Position numbers and translations under genes: made by a program | The notes under the pieces: generated by a model | What the model saw: only the letters and a program-made list of their open reading frames with translations | The model's database searches: none | Told to the model about the DNA's origin: nothing | Assembly: GCA_951406725.2 (NCBI GenBank) | Contig: OX597814.1 | Location: 213,776,001-213,840,000, forward strand | Source of the DNA: Octopus vulgaris | Lineage: Eukaryota | Reading direction: 5' to 3' | DNA: 64,000 nucleotides | Shown: positions 54,056 through 64,000 of the stretch, one piece after another | Layout: every line of letters starts with the position of its first letter | How positions within the stretch are numbered: position 1 is the first letter of the stretch

Positions 54056-55325
54056 TAGATGTTCATATTGATATTGGCATATCTATGTAAATGTCAGGGA
54101 AGTGCTCTATGTGTTGAGATAGAGCCAATTAAAATATTTGAGCTATTAAAAATATAACTATACTGGAAATGGCATTATATGTGCAGATATTAAAATAAAC
54201 ATCCGTATGATTCTCCAGGATTTAAGATCTCAAAGTTTCATGTGTTCATACACCACCATCAGTGGAAAGAGAACTTACTATCATACAAATAAATTTTTTA
54301 CTATTATACATATAGAACGTTTACTATCATACATATAAAATTTATTCAATGAGAATAAATATAGTTGAAGTACTGTTGTTAGTTGGTTTATTTCTTAAGA
54401 AGCAGAGTATCTGATATTTATCACCTTCGCTGAGTGGGGGAGGGGGAATTCAAAAGAGTTATTAGAGATTTTCCCTGCACCAAAGTGTCATCTCTATCTC
54501 CTTTGCGTACGTATGCATGTAATCTGAAATATTTAATAGTGCTATTTTCTATATGTTGTATATGTATACAAGTCCTAGAAGTTTCTTTTGTTATTCGGAT
54601 AATTCCTCTCATACTGTTGGATTAATATTGCTATCGTTTAATAACTTCATAAAAAGGTAATTTTCTCGTGATGGTTTCTAAAGAATATTGCGTAGGCCAT
54701 TTGTCTACATGACCTGACAATTCTCATAGTGTAATTACTTCGTCACTTTCCGTAACCTTTCTCTAATATGTGCTTGCATCATTTCTTTCCTGTTGATATT
54801 CTATAATTCTAGAATAGCTGCCACTAAGTCTAAACTCTGCTCGATTCTGCTGAGATTGAGCTACTAGAGACAATGACAGAATGCTTTTTACAGTTCACAT
54901 GTATACAGTTTCTTTTAATACTCAGTTTCATTATATGATTTAATACTTTGTGAGTTACTATTAAAAAAATTCTTCAGTATCAGTTTTAGTCCTGGAATTT
55001 CCACCCCTGCTGATATTTCTTTTTCAAATCTTTCTCAATTTCACGACAAATGACTATGCGTGTGAATGTGCTTGTCAATATATTTCTATATTTTGTACTC
55101 GTTTCTTTTTAGTTGATACTTTCAAACATTCTTGTTGTCTGTTATCTCAGAAACTGATTTACGTATGTTGACCCACGTAGAGATGGTAAATGGTTTTCTG
55201 GTCATTACCTGTAACAACCAGGTGTAGTTTCCCCTGATTCTTTACTAAATATTTTACCGGTACGGTGAATATTTTTTAATAATTGTTTAAGAGAAGACCT
55301 CTACCTTTTTATTCCCATGATAATT

Positions 55326-55708
55326 GGAAACACTCCGTCGGTTACGACGACGAGGGTTCCGGTTGATCCGAATCAACGGAACAGCCTGCTCGTGAAATTA
55401 ACGTGTAAGTGGCTGAGCACTCCACAGACACGTGCACCCTTAACGTAGTTCTCGGGGATATTCAGCGTGACACAGAGAGTGACAAGGCCGGCCCTTTGAA
55501 ATACAGGTACAACAGAAACAGGAAGTAAGAGTGAGAGAAAGTTGTGGCGAAAGAGTACAGCAGGGATCACCACCATCCCCTGCCGGAGCCTCGTGGAGCT
55601 TTTAGGTGTTTTCGCTCAATAAACACACACAACGCCCGGTCTGGGAATCGAAACCGCGATCCTATGACCGCGAGTCCGCTTCCCTAACCACTGGGCCATT
55701 GCGCCTCC
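55326..55708 (-). mobile_element. SINE-C
   Basis: Family match; TSD CCATGATAATT on both sides. Confidence 0.9.
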
Positions 55709-56629
55709 CATGATAATTACAATTTGTCTGTATCAGCATTTCGGTGGTACCTGATATTATTTTCTATATTTTTCTATGTAGTATGGTTTATTTACTTAAC
55801 TTCCAGTCGAAAAGGTAATTGTAGGAGATTACGTGATCTATTAAGAACTCTAGGTACATATTTTTAATATTCAGATCATTTTAATAAGATTTGTGAAGTT
55901 AGTTTAACACCGGTTGTAACCACTTCCAGGATCTTATCGACTAAAGGCGGCGGCGAAAGTTGACTTGTTTTAGAATATTTCTCTTTTGATAGGGATTAAT
56001 TTGTTTTACAAATCCTTCTTGTTTGGGTTTATAGAACTGTCTTTCAATTAATCATGGCATATTTAATGGATGTACTTGTTGTGTTTTAACAATCTTCGAG
56101 TGAGAAATACTGTCAAAAACCTTACGTTAATCAATTCAAAATATCCTCAGAGTCTTAATTCTCTTTCTAATCTTCAGCTAAATCTTCGTGGTTAGGAAAT
56201 GTTATTTACATTGATACGGATAGCATTTTACCCGTTTCTATGGATGTATTGAGTGTGCGTGTGAGTATTTATCTTTTACTATAAAATTGATATTGTATGC
56301 AAACTGGTTTGCATCTGTAATCTTATGTTCCTTTAGTCCTAAGATAACATTTTTTTCACTCGATGTTGCATCTGACGCATTCAATAAATTACACTGTACA
56401 ACAAATTTCAGGGTCCAGAAAAAAAAAACATTGTTCTCATTTACATTTTATTATGAAGTTGATTGTACTAAGTTCGAATTTTATAACAAAAATTTCCCAT
56501 CACGTCACATTTTCTTGTAAATTACCGATTTAATAACTGCAATTTATACCAATTTCCACGATACCATAAATTTATTTTGCTCCCAAAGTCAGATTAAATA
56601 TGTCCATTGTAATTAATTCATAAGTATAT

Positions 56630-56697
56630 AACCTGTGGTCCGTGGACTCCTGGTGGTCCGCAAAGGTAGTAATAGGGGTCTGTAGACTAAATTCAAA

Positions 56698-56743
<46 letters not shown>

Positions 56744-56775
56744 TATATACATACATACATACATACATACATACA

Positions 56776-56809
<34 letters not shown>

Positions 56810-56893
56810 CATAAGCATATTAAAAGGGGTCCGTGGGAAAACTCATTTAAATAAAAGGGTTGAAAACCACTATGAAAAGGTTGGGAACCACTG
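56630..56893. mobile_element. hAT (Charlie-like) MITE, left end lost
   Basis: Right TIR AAAGGTTGGGAACCACTG (duplicated variant just upstream); subterminal GGTCCG(T/C)G motifs at both ends. Confidence 0.6.
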
Positions 56894-58003
56894 GCTTAGT
56901 GTATTGGAAGCCATACGCAGAAATTTATTAATTGATTAAAACTTTCCTATCAGTGAAAGAAAAACTAGTGGCGGCTCCATTTCTCTCCAAGAGAGAATTT
57001 TCAATTAATTAAGAATTTTTCAGCTTTCAGCATTCAGCCCTGGATTTAAATATAGTGGACTCCCCTCAAGGAGCTCAAGGTGACAAGAGGTGCTTTCAAA
57101 TCGAGTGACGGATTAAATGTATTACTTAAGTGTCAGAATTAATCCATCTGGTTATGGATGGAATTGAACTCAGCAGGCTGAGAGAAATGAGAGATATCGT
57201 AAGGCATCCGGTCCGATGTTCTAACGGGTCCGCCAATTCATTCTTGGCCTCAGAAGTAAAACTGAAAGGTCCATGTTATTCACCGTTTTAAGTTATTTCC
57301 CGTAAATCATTTTATTTTTAACTACGCCAATCTTTCTTGTAAAAAAATATTTTTAACTCTTTTAGTGTTTATAAAACCTCTCCAATGGTTTAAAATGCAC
57401 TATGCTGATGAAGTTTAATAAATGAAAACATCCCCATCGTTGTTCTTTACCTGCAAAAATGCAGGTTGTCCATTTGCTAAGCATATAAATTAACTTGAGA
57501 AATCAATTTCTTTGAAAATGTTAAACAATGGCCACTAAGATTCTTTTTTCCTTTCACTAAGGGGAAACATTCAGTTATTTATAAATATTTTACCTTCAGC
57601 ATTATGACTCAACTTAATTATTATTTACAGCTGCTACAAAATAATGTCAAATATTTTAGCCAGCAGTATAGCACTTTATTATTTATTGGTGCCTTTCGGT
57701 TATATTGTCTGCTTATTTTATTAGTTCTTGAGTTCTGTCCTGTTACTGCAATCGTTGTGTTCTCAATTTTGCCAACAGAAATTTATCAGTTAGCACTTAG
57801 AGTACACAACAGCCTCCCGCTCACCCGCTACATTTATTGCTATTGCTATTTTGGTTTTACCTAATGCTTGACTAAAAATGTTTTGGAATAGAAACAAGCA
57901 ATTTGTTTTATTTCTAAAGAACCTGACGCTTTTCAAAAACTTTTTTTTGTAATCTAATGAAGATGACATTGACATTCTCGTTTTCTTTTTGTTAGATTTA
58001 TTA

Positions 58004-59430
58004 TCTATATATCTATAAAAGGCAGGATATGTGTGTGTATGTGTGTGTGTATGTGTGTGTGTGTGTGCGTATGTGTGTACGTGAATGTAATTTATGGACG
58101 TTCACAAATTAGCACGCATGTCGCTCCAATTTTAGGAGGACGTTCGTCACGATCCTAGCTGGGTTTTGTCAATTTATTGTTCCCGTGGAACCCGCGGATA
58201 GCGGTAAAAATCGATTTTCAACCATAACTTTTACCAGTTTTGAAGTTTGCTAACATGAGTTAAGTCTCCTTCTTGCCATAGCGAAGTGAAAGTGCGTGTG
58301 TGTATATGTGTGTGTGTAAAGAAGAGAGAGAAGTTGCGTGTTGATGTATGTGTCTTTTTGAAAGGCACTATATTTTATAATCAGATTATATATACATTCT
58401 CACACAATAATCAAAATATATTATATATACATTCTCACACAGCAATTAAAATATATTTATTTTAAATCGCTTATTTCTGAGATACATTGGTAGTGGGTAA
58501 AATTTCCGAGGCTTCCACCATACCCCACCCCGTTTTTCGGACCACAAAAAGTGTTTTTTAACATATTAAGAGGCCAGGGTAGTTGTTTCTATGCAAAAAA
58601 ATCCGGGTTTTTTTCTTTGTGAAAAATCGTGCGAGTGTTATCTAAAAATTTACCTGGAATTTGTCGTGGTAAATTTGAGATTAAAAAAGAAATGTTTTCC
58701 ATATTCTTAATTTCCATATTTTTCCACGTACATTGAAACATCGATGGTGAAAAGATCAATGTGTGTTGGTGGTGAAATTTCCGAGGCTTCCACCATACCC
58801 CACCCCGATTTTCGGACCACAAAAAAGGGTTTTGTAGCATATTAGGTGAACAGGGTAGTTGATTCCACGCAAAAAAATCCGATTTTTTTTTCTTAGTGAA
58901 AATCGTGCGAGTGTTATCTAAAAATTTACCTGGAGTTTTTCATGTTAAATTTGAGATTTTTAAAAAATGTTTTCCATATTCTTAATCTCCGTATTTTTCC
59001 TGTACATCTATATCTATAAAAGGCAGGATGTGTGTGTGTGTGTGTGCGTGTAAGTGAATGTAATTTATGCACGTCCACAAATTAGCACGCATGTCGCTCT
59101 AATTTTAAGAAGACATTGGTCATGATCATGGCTGTGTTTTTGTCAACTTATTGGTAAAAATCTATTTTCAATCGAAGATCTGCATTGGAGAAGGTTGCAT
59201 CGAAGGTTTGCATGCTATTACATATATATATATATATATTTCTATATTGCCCACAAGGGGCTAAACATAGAGGGGACAAACAAGAATAGACAAAGGGTTT
59301 AAGTTGATTACACCAACCCCAGTGCGAAACTGGTACTTTATTTATCGAGCCCGAAAGGATGAAAGGCAAAGACGACCTCGGCGGAATTTGAACTCCGCCG
59401 CCTGAATATATATATATATATGTATGTATG

Positions 59431-59492
<62 letters not shown>

Positions 59493-60363
59493 TGTATAAT
59501 AGCGTGCAAACCTTCGATGCAACCTTCTCCAATGCAGATCTTCGATGAATCTTTGGCCGATAGTACCCCTATGAGGGGTTAGGACTAGATCGGGGTTAGT
59601 AGCTGCCTTTTAGAGGCTCCCGAATCCCTTTCGCTAGGTTAGTGATCCTAACATAACCTCTTCTGACACAGAGCATCGGGAGCCCTTTTGGGAGTTCTGT
59701 TTTCCTTGCCGGAAAGGCTCCCAACCCATGAGCCAAGGGGGTTAGATGATGGGGGTGGTTTCGAAAGGACCAGCATGTGCAACCTGATCACCTGTCAGTC
59801 AAGCTTCCAACCCATTGCATTCCCGTCGCGACACTGATTCTGCAGAACTAGGTTGGGTGTGAAAACCAACTTTAAGTATAAATATAGATGTTTGAATCAG
59901 CAATGTAGTGTTCGGTTAAGTCCTATCTAGGGTGAAAAATCAATAAACTGATTCCTTATGGTGTTTTCCATTCAATCAGGATGAAAAATCGATAAACCGA
60001 TTCCTTATAAGATTTCTCACTAAAATTGGCTTCACCCCTTTTTCAACCACAGCTTTTACCAATTTTTGACTTATTTTGTTCAAACTTGATGCCGGCGTAT
60101 CTTAGGACTCATGGGATCTTTGAATACTTTAAGTTCTCCAAAAAAAAAAAAAAAATCGATGAGTGGAAAAATCGATAAACCGATTCCTTATAGGATTTCC
60201 CAATCGAACTGTCTGCAACCCCATTTTCAACCAAGCGTTTACCAATTCCAACGGATTTCGCTCATATTTGACGTCGCTGTTACTTAGTTTGGTTTGAAAC
60301 AAAGCGCTTGATTAGCTTAATAATCCTAACTTAATCCCGGGCAACGACGGGTTATACTGCTAG
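58004..60363 (+). mobile_element. Non-autonomous Helitron, composite (two 5' ends, one 3' end)
   Basis: A|TC start at 58004 and again at 59007 (TCTATA..TCTATAAAAGGCAGGAT-(GT)n); 3' hairpin CCCGGGCAACGACGGG (60336-60351), then CTAG|T; no TSD. Confidence 0.8.
59238..59402 (-). mobile_element. SINE-A, internally deleted
   Basis: Head GGCGGCG joined directly to GAGTTCAAATTCC. Confidence 0.8.
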
Positions 60364-61127
60364 TTTCTGAAATATTTGTCTCTTTTGGTTTAATTTACTT
60401 TTTTTTTTTTTAGATTTTTTTTGTTATCTTCTCCGGTATATTTATTTTCTGTATTACAACGTATATTTGGACTATGTGTTCTTCAACAAGAAGGTTTATG
60501 TGACATTGGTTGTTGCGTACGTTAATCGATTCATCTGTTTATATTAATGTTTACATTTATTTTCAGTATATCAAAAGCTCACGTTACTTTTTTTCATTGT
60601 TACTGTTATTTTATTATTAAAATCTATGTTTACATTGTATTTCGCTGGGCTTCAGGAAAAATGTATCGATTTTAATTTAACTATTTCGAACTTTGACGAT
60701 TCTTATTTTCAAAATGTCTAACTTTCTAATTTTAAGCATTAGCTCTATCGAATATTCAATAATATTCATATTTCTGTTGGTGTAGTTCTGGTTTAGCTTT
60801 TGGGGGTTCATGTTCTGTAGATACTTTGGGGGTTCCATTTTCCTGGGGTTTGTTCAGTTCTAATGCTTTTACTTCAGCAACTTCGCCTGTTCTTTAGCGA
60901 AGGAATTGGAGGAATCAATAATATAGTTCCATCAAAAGAAAGAAAAGTTACACAAATTAGAAATAAAATACATTGCCAAATACATTTATAGAAGTGTATT
61001 TTACTGTGATTGTTTCGGTAGATTATTTTCTGTCTCTTCTTTAAAGCACTTTATTTGAGTCTGGAATACGATGTTCGTGAAAATGGTTTTGTATACACCC
61101 CTGCACACACACGCACACACATACAGA

Positions 61128-61176
<49 letters not shown>

Positions 61177-61178
<2 letters not shown>

Positions 61179-61517
61179 GTAAAGACCCCCTTCGGTCATG
61201 AATGACCATGGGATTGCACCTAGAAAGTTACCCTCCTAGACACAAGTCCGGGCAAGGTTGTTTTATGGAAGACCAGCAGTCGCCCATGCATACCGGCCTC
61301 CCCTCTCCACGCCACCAGCGTTATCCAAGGGAAAGACAAAGGTCGATACAGCTTGGCACCTGTGACGTCGCAACTCATTTCTACAGCTGAGTGAACTGGA
61401 GCAACGTGAAAATAAAGTGCCTTGCTCTAGAACACAACACGCAGCCCGGTCCGGGATTCGAGCTCACAACCTCACGATCGTAAGCTCGACGCTCTAACCA
61501 CTGAGCCATGCGCCTTC
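61177..61517 (-). mobile_element. tRNA-derived CORE-like SINE, family E (D-like head/core, different tail), inside (TA)n
   Basis: Head GAAGGCGCATGGCTCAGTGG; core TTTCACGTTGCTCCAGTTCACTCAGCTG. Confidence 0.85.
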
Positions 61518-62099
61518 ACAACATATATATATATATATAATGTAAGGGATGTTTGTATGCGCGTGTGTGTATGTATGCACTTGCGGGTTTGTGCGTGGGA
61601 GAGGCATGTACATTGTTATATTAGCTTGTGTAAGATTATATGAAAAGTAGAGTGAACTTTTGTTTTTTATCCTGCAGGGTTTGTTTTACTTTTAATCAAG
61701 CGGATTTTTCTACAACTGTATTTTATATGTAACTTTGTTTTCTATTTCATTTGCTTAAGTTATTACTTTCATTTTTTTTTTCTACAGATTTGACCATGTG
61801 GTTATATTTCTGTTTAGATTAAATGTAGGAACATTTCCGTCTCTTAATTCATATCTACACTACCCATCTGGCAGTTATCTGGTGGGTGTCCTAATGATTT
61901 AATACTTAATGTATCTGTCAGCACTTTTTTCTCTACTCGCACCAGTAGTTTCCTTCGGAAATTGTAATAACAGTGTTCTACATATTTCCTTCTTGCCTCG
62001 ACAAATTATCGAAGCAACCAGAACTAGATCAGTTTCGATTCTTGAGGGAATTGGGTTCATTTCACTTACACAAATAAAGCTATTAGAAAATTAGTAACG

Positions 62100-62830
62100 T
62101 CTAATCATTCCACTTCCAACTGTAAAAAGTAAAAAAAAAAACGCAAGTCGTTGTTTTACCCAAATTGTAACAATACATGCATAAAAATGCCTTTCTTCCA
62201 TTCGGGAAGATATCTCTCAAGTCCTGGAACAGATAATACCCACTCTCTTCCTCTCAAAATGATTGGCTTTATGCTAAAATCAGAAATCATTGTTTCACTT
62301 ATGTGAAAGACATATCAAGTACCGCAGCTCTCAAGAAAAACAAGTATTTCAGTAAAAAAGTAAGTAACGATGAAACACAAACTTAATTACCCTACACATA
62401 TCACCACGAACGTCGCGATAGCCGCTCCGGATAAATATCTTAAGTAACTTAATACACTTGCTGATATCGTCTTTCAAGAATATACATCAATGGACACGAC
62501 ATATTCTGATTAAAAACAACATATCGCATCACTCTTCGTACCAACTAGCTATTTTGATGAAAACATTACCAGAGTAAACACTTTATAAATTACAACAATC
62601 CCCTCCACGGATACACCAGGACATACTCTTAACAAATTAAAGAAAACATTATAACTGCAAATATAAAATGGAAAATTATAGGCTGTGCAGCATTATACAC
62701 AAATTGTTCTGGAATCTGCGTACCGCAGAAAAATATCGCATAATCAAACGGAATACACACACGTAAAGCAAGATAAATAAAATCATCACACAGCAGACAC
62801 CAAAATGAATTCACTTTCAAAACACGACTC
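62100..62830 (+). pseudogene. Decayed Penelope-like ORF C-terminus
   Basis: IKWKIIGCAALY..GIC../TAEKYRII pattern, similar to the relic at 470-670. Confidence 0.45.
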
Positions 62831-64000
62831 GACCTCTAAACGGAATAAAACAAACACCAAGCCCCTCCACATTCACATACACACCACATGAAAAATGTTA
62901 CCCGTAAGAAGTTAAAGTAATCACCCTAATAAAAAATAAAACACACAGTACACTTATACATACACGAAAACATGTAACAAGAGTTTACCATAAACATTCA
63001 CGCATAAGCAAACATGCTGAACCACACACAGTATCAAAAACCCTTTGATCACTACATACACACTACACACGGACACACACGCATACGCACACTAGCGCGC
63101 ACAGACACACACACACACACAGACAAACACGCCTATGTACTTGTAACTCAAACAACACGTGTTTTTCAGCAGATTAAACAAACAAAAACCTTTAATTATC
63201 TTAACGGTTGATATAAACAAGTCATACCAAACTATTACCCATAAATAAAAAAGCCAAACATTCCAGCTAAAACCACACAAACATGCGGAATCATTTTCAA
63301 TACACAAAGCAAAAAGCTTTAATAATCACAACACACACACACGCACACACACACAACCACACACACACATACATACCTACATACATACATACATGCATAC
63401 ATACACACAGATACACATGAACAGACAAGCCTTAGCGTGTTCAAAGAATATATGCCCCCTCCCCAATGAAAGAGAAATATCTTCAATTTATTTAACATAC
63501 ACTTTCTAAACGCAATACCAAAATCATTCGACTATATCACTCCTCCATAATTAAATTACCATAATTAGGTTTACTGTTAAATTAACCCACAAACGAATCA
63601 AAGCAACAGTGTTTACAAACACATTGGGAAACTAGATAAAATTGGACAAATCATTCAAAAATATGCTGCTTTGGATATATTAAAAGACAAATTCAAATGT
63701 CAAATTAAAAGCATAATTCTCTTCACAAGAAATACATCGAGAGTAAATCTCACGCCGCAAACAAATAATGACGAAGAAATAATGGCGAGGCAGAAAAATA
63801 GCAACCAGGAGCAAGAGTAGCTGTGGGGTAAGCAGCTTGTGGCGTGCGATTTGCTTTTCATGTATTTCTTGTGAAGAGAATTATGTTTTTAATTTGACAT
63901 TTGGATTTGTCTTTTAATCTATCCAAGGCAACATATTTTTTTATGATTTGTTCAATTTTATCTAGTTTCGTAATGTGTTTGTAATTTGTTACCAAATATA

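Noticed and set aside
57403-57435. CTGATGA...GAAA hammerhead candidate
   Set aside because: Weak stem II and no stem III or cleavage triplet

Overview
AT-rich, repeat-dense eukaryotic non-coding DNA. The SINE families and microsatellite load suggest a coleoid cephalopod, probably Octopus (inference from pattern recognition, not a search). No intact host gene is supportable, and most ORFs in the track come from microsatellites or SINEs. The window holds about 30 tRNA-derived SINE copies from several modular families and decayed Penelope-like (PLE), CR1-like, R4/Dong-like and L1/Tx1-like retroelements. It also holds several mariner/Tc1 and hAT relics, MITEs and a non-autonomous Helitron. Best leads: (1) a tRNA-headed short element carrying a minimal hammerhead ribozyme, next to a PLE RT fragment, plus other hammerhead-like motifs and (TA)n-embedded fold-backs; (2) a CR1-like LINE 5' end whose ORF1 joins a Myb/SANT-like trihelix domain to four CCCH zinc fingers; (3) a (GATA)n-inserted L1/Tx1-like 3' end whose tail is shared with the abundant SINE-A family; (4) serial same-site SINE insertion and a 7-unit SINE-derived tandem array. 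SINE family letters (A-F) are my own labels. Boundaries of decayed elements are approximate.
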